Source: Albugo candida (taxonomy: Eukaryota). From it: 64,000 nucleotides of DNA. Position numbers and translations under genes: made by a program. The notes under the pieces are model-generated. The model did not search any database, was not told the origin of the DNA, and saw nothing but the letters and a program-made list of their open reading frames with translations. Where the stretch lies: positions 186,001-250,000 of the forward strand of contig JBDOQK010000029.1 of NCBI GenBank assembly GCA_040437565.1. The letters are read 5' to 3'. This document shows positions 24,201-35,755 of the stretch, piece by piece. Position 1 is the stretch's first letter. Every line of letters begins with the position of its first letter.

Positions 24201-27200
24201 GGATTCATTCAAACAGAGATACGTCGATGCTGAGATACGCAATGCGCACATTAGCGCTTCAAAAGTACAAATCGTTGGAAAAAAATCCAAAAACAACCGA
24301 TTGGGCGCTGAAGAAAGCAGTCGCTGGCGTCCATCATGCTGTACGGCTCGTGACGTCGACAGATATCGAGCATGCGTTTTCCTACTCGGCGTACGTGTGC
24401 AAGCGATGCGGTCTGATAGACACTGCGTTGATGGAGATGATGAAGGCTCGCCGTCTTGTAAAGATACATTCTCATTGGGAAAAGAAAGCGCTTGAGGCTG
24501 TTGAAGTCGAACAAAGCTCCGAGGATTCGTATCCCTCTCACCCGATGCTTGGGCGACGGAAGAGTGAGGTCATCGTGCATTCCGACATCATCTTTGGAAC
24601 GGAGAATCCACACAGCCGTCGCGCGAGTACGTTTGATTGGGCTTCATCGATTCTAACGGCTTCAAGACCTCCAGCTCCGACACCGTGGCTTCGCACGCAA
24701 ATCAACGATGTGGAATGCAGGAAAGCAGCATCTTGCTCGTTTGTTGTCAGGCTCATTGGTCAGAGAATCGCACAGAAACTCGTAAAGTGTTTGGAAGGCG
24801 ATATGACAGCACAGGAGCCGCAGATGAACAGTTGGGATACGATTTGGGAGTCGTTGTGCGATCGATTTGAAATAGACAGAATGTTGGCGTTGGAAGGAGC
24901 TTTGGAAGTATTGATACCCCACGCAATGGAGCACATCACTGCGTGTTGCGTGATACTCTATCAGCTGGGAAGAGAGGTCGCAGTGGAAGCGTGGCTCGAG
25001 TATATGACGTCACTGCTGCTTCACGATGTCATAAAAGCTCTATCGAACGAGGGAATATGCTCCTCCAACGCGAATTGTATGCTTCGACATCTGAATTACA
25101 TCCTCTTCTTAGATAATTATCATCGACTGCAGCTATCTCCTGCACTCTTACAATTTATCGTGAAGAGTATCCAGGCTTTAAGCCTCGCACTTGCTTGGAG
25201 ATCACGACAATTTGAGTTGGTACAAGAAGCAGTGACACTCCAACTTGACGTCTCAGCGGTCGATAAGCCTCCGTTGAGAGCTGTCCGCAAGCTGTGGACT
25301 CTTGTGATCGGTCTCAAGCCTCATGACACGATAGAGCCNNNNNNNNNNNNNNNNNNNNNNNNNNNNNNNNNNNNNNNNNNNNNNNNNNNNNNNNNNNNNN
25401 NNNNNNNNNNNNNNNNNNNNNNNNNNNNNNNNNNNNNNAAGCTCTATCGAACGAGGGAATATGCTCCTCCAACGCGAATTGTATGCTTCGACATCTGAAT
25501 TACATCCTCTTCTTAGATAATTATCATCGACTGCAGCTATCTCCTGCACTCTTACAATTTATCGTGAAGAGTATCCAGGCTTTAAGCCTCGCACTTGCTT
25601 GGAGATCACGACAATTTGAGTTGGTACAAGAAGCAGTGACACTCCAACTTGACGTCTCAGCGGTCGATAAGCCTCCGTTGAGAGCTGTCCGCAAGCTGTG
25701 GACTCTTGTGATCGGTCTCAAGCCTCATGACACGATAGAGCCTGTGGGCTCCAAAGAAGCGATATATCTTGCTGTCGTACTGCGTGCTTCCCTGGAGAGG
25801 ATCCTTCCTACCGAGTTGCCGGCTCTACAGCCTCTTCCGAGCACATTCAGCTGTCTTTACGTCCCGAAGAAGCTGTATGGACCTGCATACAGTGATCTTA
25901 TGGGCCTTCTTCGGCAGTGGATGGACAGCTCGGACTCTCATCTCAGTCGAATATTCAGAGATAGGAGCCTTCCCGAATGTTTATGTGGCCTCTACGGCCT
26001 GGAAAATGCCAGAATTCGCGCTCACAGTCTCGTTTTCCATCAAGGTAGTGGGGTATCCAGCGAGGTTGTTGCGTTCTCACGGGAGCTCGCGAGAATGTAC
26101 GCCAATTCGTACAGCAAAGTCAGTGACTTTCTGGCGGCTTATGGTATCACAACAGAGCTCCATGACCAATTACTCGGCAAATGCGACGATTACATTCTTT
26201 TGTTGATGCAACACGAGCAAATTGGCGTGGAAATGACACTCAGAAGGCTACGTCGCGAGCCGAGGATTCATATAAAGTGTTTTATGGCGTCGAAAGCGGT
26301 TGTATGGCTTACAGAAAACAATGTGTTTGATGAAGACGAGGCCTCTGAGTTTTTAAAGCATTGCTGCAAGCAGCGTAAGCTACGACTTCTCGTGACGCTT
26401 TCCACGCCCAAGCCGCATCCTGGGCATTCCACAGAGCACCACACACTTCAACATGATCAGATGTTCATGTTTGTGGAAGCCTGGGAAGTCGAAGCAGAGC
26501 AGAACACATTGAAATACCTTCACCGACATTGTTCGCCGGCTTTTGTGGAATTAGGCGGCGAGAGGCTTTCTCCATGCACCCACAACGAGATCGATAAGAT
26601 CGCAACCAATGTGCTGCAGGATCAAGCCGCTGGTAGGCTGTGGGGCCATGTCAATGCTCAGGCTCCATTACAGGCTCTTCTTCGACCAAATCACACAGAA
26701 AGACGCTCCTATTTCGAAGAGCTCTATGCATATTGCCGAAGGAATGCACTCGTACGATCGCTAAGCTTGCCGTATCAATTCATCGGTGTCCTTAAGGTCA
26801 GTCTACGCGATGCGGTAGATATGTCTGCTAATGCTCGTGACGCAGGTGGCTTTGATTCAAGCAAGCGGTCTCAAGGACGTGGTACTAGCGGGCTCGTGGG
26901 TGAGTCAGCGTCTCCGGCCGCCAAGGCGTTTACACTCACACAATATGTCGTGCAGAATAAGCCGTATGCATTTCTGCAGCTTGAGAATGGAATCATACGA
27001 CCCGCTTGTCCGGATTCGTGGAGCCTGAACACGTATCGGAGCAGCGTGGGAAGCCAGTCAGTCAATCCAAGCTGGAATGATCAAGAATTTGCATTCCGCT
27101 TTGCGATTCCCACGCATTCGAGCCACTCGGAAGGACTTCAAGTCGACCCGAACGACTGTATGGAGCGCTTATGGGCGAAAAGAGAACAGGAAGATGTTCT

Positions 27201-27517
27201 GTCAGTGAACGCACTCGACACATTTTGTCGTATTATGTTTCGTGGACCTCCGACAATTCTCCACTGTTCTCTTTACAGCAAAAATAAACTTTTTCCACAT
27301 CAATTTTTGGGTCATGGAGCGGTAGGAATCACTTCATTCTCTGGCGGTTTATTGACACTTTTGCTGTTTTTATTAGCTTCTTCTCGAGAAGTTATCGTCG
27401 TCAATGTGTATGGATTGCTGGCTTCCTCTCACCACAAAAGCACGTCATCCACAGAGAGCTGGAAGGGTCCATTTACGTCTCACATTGGCGTTTGAGATCA
27501 TGCGCACATCCTCTTGA
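18226..27517 (+). CDS. RAV1: RAV1 / DmX-like (rabconnectin-3 alpha) WD40 protein of the RAVE V-ATPase assembly complex, with C-terminal DEP-like and C2-like domains (multi-exon, broken by 5 gaps)
   Basis: Long N-terminal WD40-like region and Rav1p_C signatures LPFWHP, LWALHSDSQ, HDFTQERWSLAAIKNAYSLLAKKRFELAAAFFLL, DPSLALVIAR. Last exon gives LLLEKLSS...WLPL...GRVHLRLTL...* ending at 27517. Exon boundaries are only partly resolved. Confidence 0.82.
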
Positions 27518-27529
27518 AGCCTGCCTTCG

Positions 27530-29661
27530 TCACTGATCGATTTCGCATTGGGGAATGCTGACAATCGCTGTGACGAGTGGAACAGAGCTGTTGCATTCGT
27601 CTTAGCGTCAAGTCGAAGGAAGCGCTATTTCGTACCTCTCTTTACCGCAAATCTGTACACTGATGGCTTCCGTCACTGGCGATTCACGCAGACTTTCAAC
27701 TCTGATGGAGAAAGTATACGTGACACTCTACGGGAGTTGGATTGTTAGAAGAATTAAAAGAAGAAGAAGAGTCTGACCGGAACAAGAAGGGGTACAGATA
27801 TCACGCTGTTGAGGACTTGGTAGAGCCTTTGGTCGTACCCAACGGCGACGGTGATGTCTGTGACCGACGACGCATTGACGTTCTACAGATAGAGTGAGAT
27901 GGAGGTAAAGCCTGCAGCCATTCGACCTGAAGACAGAGTTTGATGTGGAAAATAGGTCCCAGTCCTCGAATCCGTGCATTCAGCAGTATGGAGATCGTAT
28001 TGGAAGACGCGATGGGTGCTTGGCCGTCCTGGATCGTCTTCACGTACGCTTGTGCAGCTTTAAGCCTAAGTTTGCAGAGATCTTTTTGGAATTGTCGATG
28101 CAAATCTACAGCCTGTTTTCGCTCGCGTTCTGTCTGATCTACGTACAGCTGAGTCTTTTTGGGTATATTCAGAGGGATATCCTGTTCCTTGGGCGGTCCG
28201 ATGACATCCGTTTGAGCGTTCATTTTGGCATTCCGCTTGAGGATTTTCATTAGTAATGCTCCGTTTTTCAATACGATAAATAATGAAGCATCCTCCCGTC
28301 CATATTGGCCAAAGCACAGCCCTGTTGGAGAACAGTCTACTTGAAAGGAGAAGAGCTTTACTGAGCCGTTATAGACTGCGATGTCTCCAGATTGAAGCGC
28401 GACCACGAGGCCTTTTGGGGTCTTTGTTCGCTCCAAGTGAAAAGCCTGCATCGTGACAATGTCCGCGTTCATGGACAAGCTCCAGTTCTTTTTGCCTCGA
28501 ACGTGATACGATAGTAGCTGGCGATTCATACATGCGAGAATGACCGTGCTATCTTGCTGGAGAAGGCTTAATGCTGGTGCTTCCAGCTCGATCAAGGAAC
28601 GTAAGAGCTCGCCATTCTTGATCGTATAGACACATCTTCCTCGTGTGATGACAGTGAGGCGATACTCCACATCCAAAAGTCCAAAAGATGCGATTTCGAC
28701 CGGAGTCTCGGGGATCTGCACTTGGGTCTGGATCACTTTTCCTTGTGGGTCCAAAATATAAACATTCCCATTTTCCGTCGCTATCACCAGACAGCTCATC
28801 GCATACTTATCCTCCGTGCTCTTCTTCACCGAAGTCATGCAGGTCACGCTCATTCGTTCCAGCAGAGGCATATTCATCACCCGAGTGGCATACTCTGCCT
28901 GACTTGGCCCGTCCTGGATCGCCAAAAGTGCTCGGGAGCGATTTGTGAGTCGATCACCGCTGTTCCTGGTTGATTGTAAGCTGAGAAGGGAACTTGATGG
29001 ATGCGGTGATCCTCACCTTTGCTCGAGAAGCTCATGCACGGCTTGAGCAATTTCCATCGAGCCTTTGGATACCGCCTCCCAAATCTTTGTCTCCAACGCT
29101 GAAACAGGAAGAGTTGGGATTTGAAATTTGTAATTTGGATGAGAATTTCGATAGATGAAGACACATGAGCCTGTAGCGACGGCGATGGAAGGCACACGAG
29201 GGCGAGAAGTATCTGATAGGACTTTTACATCAGCGAGGTTGACAAAAGCCAGTGACATCCTACCGTGATAAAACGTCGTCATGCAGGAAGGAACACCGGG
29301 AATTGCGATATCTTCGTGTTGCATAGAGGCTACCGCGGAGGTTTACGAAGTGATACCAATAGACCCGAAATTGGTACCTTTGTAGACTTTGAGCAGTTTA
29401 GTTTGATCAGCGATTAGAAGCTTATGATCGCCATCCCCATTCATATCCATAAGCGCCATGCAGCTAAAAAGCGTAGTGTCAGATTGATAGTGATAAATGA
29501 GTCAATTGGATGCGTGCTTGGAGAAGGCTTTGATGTTGGCCACAGCGTTGGCATACGCAGAGAGCCATGGGTCTACACATTTGATTTGTAAGAAGCTCTT
29601 TATAAACAGCGTTGCTGATCATACTATCGGGCTTTTTGTCACTTTGAGTGGAAGCTTCCAT
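27530..29661 (-). CDS. BBS1: Bardet-Biedl syndrome 1 protein (BBSome subunit), multi-exon
   Basis: PWLSAYANAVANIKAFS, MDMNGDGDHKLLIAD, LKVYKG, SCLVIATENGNVYILDP, FGQYGRED, LNIPKKTQLYVDQTERER, FQKDLCKLRL, GLGP.F. Confidence 0.93.
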
Positions 29662-29860
29662 TGATTTTTGCTTGAAAGGTCTGAGCTAAAAATGGATCCT
29701 GTCGTCGAGCAAGCGATAGTGCATCGTGTGAAAGAATTTTGGCTGATTTGTGTGTTGATGCGAGATTTCCAGCTTGAGGATTGTACAGCCAGTCAAAGCG
29801 TAAGCAGATAGAAGAACGAGGCAAAAGCAAAAGTTCATATTGAATGGATTTGTTACTGTC

Positions 29861-30444
29861 TCAAACTTCGTCCATTCTAATGGCTTCCTCCAGCGGGACG
29901 TCGAATTCCGGATTTCTTCGATTTGTTTTCCCATCCCAAGTCAAATTGATTGGATCGTAAAAGTCCTCTCCTTTATCGGCATCGATGATCGGATATGGAA
30001 CCAATTTGTCACTTTCTGGAGACTTTGGTAGGTTCTCACCTTTCTGTACCAAACTATGGAGTATTTGGGTAATTTCAGTCTCGTTTTTGTCATGCACAAA
30101 CACTTGCTCTTCCTTTCCCCAATCTTCTCATCAATAAAAATGCTTACGGCGTATGTTTATGACCATAATCGATTGTATTGTTTGATTCTCTTACCGTAAC
30201 GTGCGTACACAAAAGGATCCATTTCTTCCGCTTCTCTGTACACAAAAGGCGTCCGAGGATTCAGCATTTTTAACTCTTCATAATTCTTCCGAAACCACAC
30301 GCTGTATCCATACGATAGAACGCTTGGTACAGAACATTCGCAATACAAAAATTCATACCGTAATCCGTGACTATGTTGCGAGGTATCGCACGCAACAAAA
30401 CGCAATTCTTGAATGTGGCGCGATATTTGTGCCCGCCAGCTCAT
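29861..30444 (-). CDS. NDUFA2: Mitochondrial complex I B8 / NDUFA2-like (L51/S25/CI-B8 domain) protein, 3 exons
   Basis: MSWRAQISRHIQELRFVACDTSQHSHGLR / WFRKNYEELKMLNPRTPFVYRE...PFVYARY / DWGKEEQV, followed by an acidic C-terminal extension. Confidence 0.8.
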
Positions 30445-30576
30445 GGAATCTTGTGTCAAGGTTCGCTNNNNNNNNNNNNNNNNNNNNNNNNNNNNNNNNN
30501 NNNNNNNNNNNNNNNNNNNNNNNNNNNNNNNNNNNNNNNNNNNNNNNNNNNNNNNNNNNNNNNNNNNATTGATACA

Positions 30577-32526
30577 TCAAGTAATGGCTTGAAAGGTTAA
30601 GGAAACTGGCTTAGGGACCGATCGAAGATATTTGGCCGCATCTTGAAATGAAAGCGTACTGACAAATAAATCACCAATACGGACTAGTAAGTCGCCAATG
30701 GCGACACGCTGTAATCCCGCACAAGTGCTTTTCCCTGTGCGTTTTGTGATAAGCAAAACGGGTCCTTGCGATGATTGTACCCCACGAACGATGCAACCAA
30801 ATGGACCGCTTATCCATTGCACGACATAATATGCCGATTGGTCAATCTGGTAATGATCTTTCTTGATCGTATTTTCCAAGGAAGAGCGGGATACTGTATC
30901 TTGATCCGAATGGGTCGACTGCTCAAACCTCACGGAAATTTGCCGAGGTGTTTGCAATGGTTTATGGGATTCTTTCCTTCGACTATATTGCGTACTGTAC
31001 TCGGTTCGACTTGAATGACGAGCGCCCCGATTCGGACCGCGATCCATTCCGTCGTTGTTGCCAACTTCTGAACGATACTGACGAAATTGATCGGATTGTG
31101 CCATATTCCTTCCAGGGGATTCGCCCGCTTTGTAATATCGTCCATTCACTTGCTGCGAAGGTATGTATGGATGATGTGATTGAGTCGATCTATGATGAGA
31201 TGTATCGAATGAAACCGCGTTCGACAATTGATGCGAGTAGGTGCGATCATTACTTTGTTCTAAATACCCCGAACGTCGAGGTTGTGGTGGATTGCTATTG
31301 TGTTGTCGATCTTTCACGACTGAAGTTATTTCTTTGTAACCGAGAATGGATAACGGAGAAGATTTCTGCTTCCGTATATCGCAGATTTTTTGTGAATTAT
31401 GTTGCATGCCGTGTGATACATCAGGCCTTGCTTGTGAATGGTTCTGGAATTGTGAATCATGTTGCATGTTGTGTGACACATCAGACCTTGCTTGTGAATG
31501 GGCCTGGAATTGTGAATCATCACGATGAACTCCACCATTCCGATCCATTTCCTGACTCGGATTCTCCGTCCAAATACGTCGAAATCGAAGGACTGCAGGC
31601 TTGGGGACATTCTGAACATACGACATAATCTCAGAAAAGCCGTGAGGTCTTGCAATTTGATCATTCACAAGCACGAGTTCGTCTCCTTCTCTCACAAGCT
31701 TGAGTTGTTTCGAAGAGCCTTTGCCTGTGAAGGAGCGAACGAATGGAACTCCACTTTTCGAAGTGCCCAAAACGAGGCCTAAATTTCCATATTCCCACAA
31801 AATGTCGTATTCGCCTTCTCTAAGAGCTGGAATTTCTACATTGACATTGTGTAGCGGCTTTCTAAACCTCAAAACGATCGGTTTGCTCAACGTTTTGATC
31901 TTGTCAATTGTTGCACGTGTTCCGTACTCACAAGCTGGAAAGTCATTCACATACACTAATGCGTCCCCCACACTAATTTGGTGAATAAAGGAACGATTCT
32001 GATGAACAGAAAGTTCAATTTCTGTCGTGTTTATCCGTTTAACTACAGGAATTCCAAGCTCGCGGTCAGACGTTAGCACGATCCCCAGCGGTCCATCTTC
32101 CCAGTGGTAATTGTACTCATTCGGTGCCAAAGAAGGAAGCGCTTGGTCGGATTTACTACCATAAGGTGATAACTGAAAGCATAACGTCACAGGCTTCGAT
32201 GTGTTTCGTAGTCGATTATGCGCTGCTTCCCCTCCGATGGTGTAAATAGGCTCACGATCGATCGCTACGAGTATGTCGCCTGGAACTACTTTTTCAAGTC
32301 CCATGGAGAACAATTCGTCTTTCGATACTAATCGTCGCGTAAGCAATAAGACGGGACCACGATCAGAAATGATGGATGATACATCAAACGCAAACGGTTT
32401 TCCCGATCGCCAATCCACTGTGTACATTTTAGTTTCATCGAGCAAAAGATTATTTGTTTCAGGAATGAAGGAGCGAGAGCCTGTGCTACATTTCGAAGTA
32501 GAGTAAGAGTTTTCGACACTCATCAT
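30577..32526 (-). CDS. Multi-PDZ-like domain protein (about 4 PDZ-like units with a central low-complexity linker)
   Basis: Repeated W-x-x-G-P/N-L/F-G-x-V ... GD-x-LV-x-V/I-N/G ... KP-x-x-L-x-F units in an intronless 649-aa ORF. Confidence 0.75.
   Translation of the reverse strand: MMSVENSYSTSKCSTGSRSFIPETNNLLLDETKMYTVDWRSGKPFAFDVSSIISDRGPVLLLTRRLVSKDELFSMGLEKVVPGDILVAIDREPIYTIGGEAAHNRLRNTSKPVTLCFQLSPYGSKSDQALPSLAPNEYNYHWEDGPLGIVLTSDRELGIPVVKRINTTEIELSVHQNRSFIHQISVGDALVYVNDFPACEYGTRATIDKIKTLSKPIVLRFRKPLHNVNVEIPALREGEYDILWEYGNLGLVLGTSKSGVPFVRSFTGKGSSKQLKLVREGDELVLVNDQIARPHGFSEIMSYVQNVPKPAVLRFRRIWTENPSQEMDRNGGVHRDDSQFQAHSQARSDVSHNMQHDSQFQNHSQARPDVSHGMQHNSQKICDIRKQKSSPLSILGYKEITSVVKDRQHNSNPPQPRRSGYLEQSNDRTYSHQLSNAVSFDTSHHRSTQSHHPYIPSQQVNGRYYKAGESPGRNMAQSDQFRQYRSEVGNNDGMDRGPNRGARHSSRTEYSTQYSRRKESHKPLQTPRQISVRFEQSTHSDQDTVSRSSLENTIKKDHYQIDQSAYYVVQWISGPFGCIVRGVQSSQGPVLLITKRTGKSTCAGLQRVAIGDLLVRIGDLFVSTLSFQDAAKYLRSVPKPVSLTFQAIT
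31391..31520. repeat. 60-bp tandem repeat (2 copies plus a partial) encoding 20-aa DSQFQxHSQARxDVSHxMQH units
   Basis: 31391-31450 and 31451-31510 align with few mismatches. Confidence 0.85.
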
Positions 32527-33467
32527 GTTAGCGTCCTACTGTATTCCGTCAAGTACTAATGAAACGAAGTGATAAGCCTTGGAGCCTGCATAAACCGATA
32601 TTGTCTCGGCATCTTTACAAACAACCCTTATCAATTGATTTCTTGGCCGACACGGAAAAAGTTCATGCTGCACCGTCTTTTTCGCATTTGCATGTGGTTA
32701 GTTGCGATGTGTGTGTGCGAAGCAAGTAGTCGGCCTTACTAAAGTTGGTCACAACCAACACGTGGTCTAGTGACACATGTAAGATACAACATGACCAGCT
32801 TTTCTTACGGATGTCCGTCTATTGAGCACTTGGCAGAGCGTGGGAGTGCGATATAACTGTAACCAGCCAATCCTTCGTCTGCTATTGATCACGTGACTTT
32901 TCAGACAAGATGAGAAAAGTCAAGGACTGAATGTGTAATAGTATTAGAAAAGCTAAATGTTGCTAATGGCTTCATGTTTGGACACGGAACGGTCTTTTAC
33001 AATGTGTAACAGCAGCGATTTTGAGTTCAGCAAATCTCTATGAGAGGCGATATCATATGGGCCAATAAACTCTGAACTTTCTAGACAAATTTCTTCTACT
33101 CACCACAACGTGCTATTTCAAGCAAAGCCAGACAGAGCATGCATTCCTTTTACTGATTATATTGTGTCGTACATGTCCACACTGTATGTATCGTTAATCT
33201 CATGGAACTAAATTCAATCGAAAGAACCTCCAAACTAAAGTCAGTAGCAGTGTCCTAAAATGGGCTGTTTGCTTCCTTTGATTTTTTCGAACATTTAGCT
33301 TCTAACATCACAAATTGCGGGAGAGAAGTGCGATCACATACTGCGGTAATTCAAATATTTCGCGCTTATTAAGGCACTGTCGATTACTTTTATCATTCAC
33401 ACACCAACTCAATGCGTCTTTTTTATCAATATGACCAAAGTTGGCTTCCATTTAGTCTTGTGTGGCG

Positions 33468-34026
33468 TCAATCGAAAGACTTTTTTAGCTCTTGGGCCCT
33501 GCAACGAACGATTACACAATAAGCAAAACAAGATTCAGGAACGTACATGTTACGAATGAAAAGGCTGCGGTTGATGGTTTTAACCGCTTCTGGTATCTTG
33601 TACGCCACCTGTATTCCAAGTGTTTTTGTCGCTGTCAATAAACCACCAAATCAATTTGCAATAAAGTGTGTTTTATCAGACGCGATTGAACCCACCTTCT
33701 TGGTGTTGTTCTCTTGTCACGTATCCAAGTCCATTAACATCAAATGCGGTAAACATAGCGTTCAAGTCTTTTTCCTGGATGAGCTACACAGCAGCTGGTA
33801 TCCTCGTATAAAGATAAGTGTGGAAGCATACCAGTGACTGCGTCAGGCCATTCTGTTGTGCCTTTGACAAATGACTCTTCATAAATTGTCGCGGTTTATC
33901 AGGTTGATGATATAAAACATGTGCCATTAATTCTTCGAGAATAGTATTGATGCGATATTTCTCAGCATATGCTTCTGCCTGTTGTCTTAGGTCTTGATCA
34001 TAATGATCGCTCTGAATCGGAGACAT
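33468..34026 (-). CDS. EFCAB10: Duplicate copy of the EFCAB10-like gene (most likely an assembly overlap)
   Basis: Matches 35153-35711 at offset 1685 across gap 34477-34576. Confidence 0.45.
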
Positions 34027-35152
34027 TTCTATCTATGCTTGTAGGGCTGTCATGTGGATATTTTAAGCGTATGAAAGTTTATCACCTACAATTTCAAGAA
34101 AAACGTACTCTCAAAGGTCGCTTATAATTTGAAGTAGTGACAATCCGTTCGATTGATATCAACATATTGAAGCTGCCGGCAATAAAGCTGATGTGAATGC
34201 AGGATACCTAACCGTTATGTTTGAAAAGGATTCGTAAACTTCGATTGATTGGCTAAATTATATGGTGTTGTACTTGACGTTGAAGTTCGATCAGATCAGA
34301 AAGGAGATGCAAGAATCCATCGCGGCAGCATCTCTCCATTGTTTCTGTAGGGAGATATATCCTGAATTGATAGTTATTACTCAAAGAAATCAAGACGATT
34401 CCTTTGATGATTTTGCTGCCTTACAGGTGATACTGTCAAATAACACTGTTTTCTCCTATCTTTACTTTTTCTATGGNNNNNNNNNNNNNNNNNNNNNNNN
34501 NNNNNNNNNNNNNNNNNNNNNNNNNNNNNNNNNNNNNNNNNNNNNNNNNNNNNNNNNNNNNNNNNNNNNNNNNNNNCGTGACTTTTCAGACAAGATGAGA
34601 AAAGTCAAGGACTGAATGTGTAATAGTATTAGAAAAGCTAAATGTTGCTAATGGCTTCATGTTTGGACACGGAACGGTCTTTTACAATGTGTAACAGCAG
34701 CGATTTTGAGTTCAGCAAATCTCTATGAGAGGCGATATCATATGGGCCAATAAACTCTGAACTTTCTAGACAAATTTCTTCTACTCACCACAACGTGCTA
34801 TTTCAAGCAAAGCCAGACAGAGCATGCATTCCTTTTACTGATTATATTGTGTCGTACATGTCCACACTGTATGTATCGTTAATCTCATGGAACTAAATTC
34901 AATCGAAAGAACCTCCAAACTAAAGTCAGTAGCAGTGTCCTAAAATGGGCTGTTTGCTTCCTTTGATTTTTTCGAACATTTAGCTTCTAACATCACAAAT
35001 TGCGGGAGAGAAGTGCGATCACATACTGCGGTAATTCAAATATTTCGCGCTTATTAAGGCACTGTCGATTACTTTTATCATTCACACACCAACTCAATGC
35101 GTCTTTTTTATCAATATGACCAAAGTTGGCTTCCATTTAGTCTTGTGTGGCG

Positions 35153-35711
35153 TCAATCGAAAGACTTTTTTAGCTCTTGGGCCCTGCAACGAACGATTAC
35201 ACAATAAGCAAAACAAGATTCAGGAACGTACATGTTACGAATGAAAAGGCTGCGGTTGATGGTTTTAACCGCTTCTGGTATCTTGTACGCCACCTGTATT
35301 CCAAGTGTTTTTGTCGCTGTCAATAAACCACCAAATCAATTTGCAATAAAGTGTGTTTTATCAGACGCGATTGAACCCACCTTCTTGGTGTTGTTCTCTT
35401 GTCACGTATCCAAGTCCATTAACATCAAATGCGGTAAACATAGCGTTCAAGTCTTTTTCCTGGATGAGCTACACAGCAGCTGGTATCCTCGTATAAAGAT
35501 AAGTGTGGAAGCATACCAGTGACTGCGTCAGGCCATTCTGTTGTGCCTTTGACAAATGACTCTTCATAAATTGTCGCGGTTTATCAGGTTGATGATATAA
35601 AACATGTGCCATTAATTCTTCGAGAATAGTATTGATGCGATATTTCTCAGCATATGCTTCTGCCTGTTGTCTTAGGTCTTGATCATAATGATCGCTCTGA
35701 ATCGGAGACAT
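35153..35711 (-). CDS. EFCAB10: EFCAB10-like protein (RIIa/Dpy-30-type dimerisation/docking domain plus EF-hand), 4 exons; artefactual duplicate at 33468-34026
   Basis: AEAYAEKYRINTILEELMAHVLYHQPDKPRQFM, then after an intron DLNAMFTAFDVNGLGYVTREQ (EF-hand loop). Ends AQELKKSFD*. Confidence 0.75.
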
Positions 35712-35755
35712 TTCTATCTATGCTTGTAGGGCTGTCATGTGGATATTTTAAGCGT

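Noticed and set aside
19590-25742. Repeated segments and frameshifts in the RAV1-like gene
   Set aside because: Each coincides with a 100-N gap with overlapping flanks.
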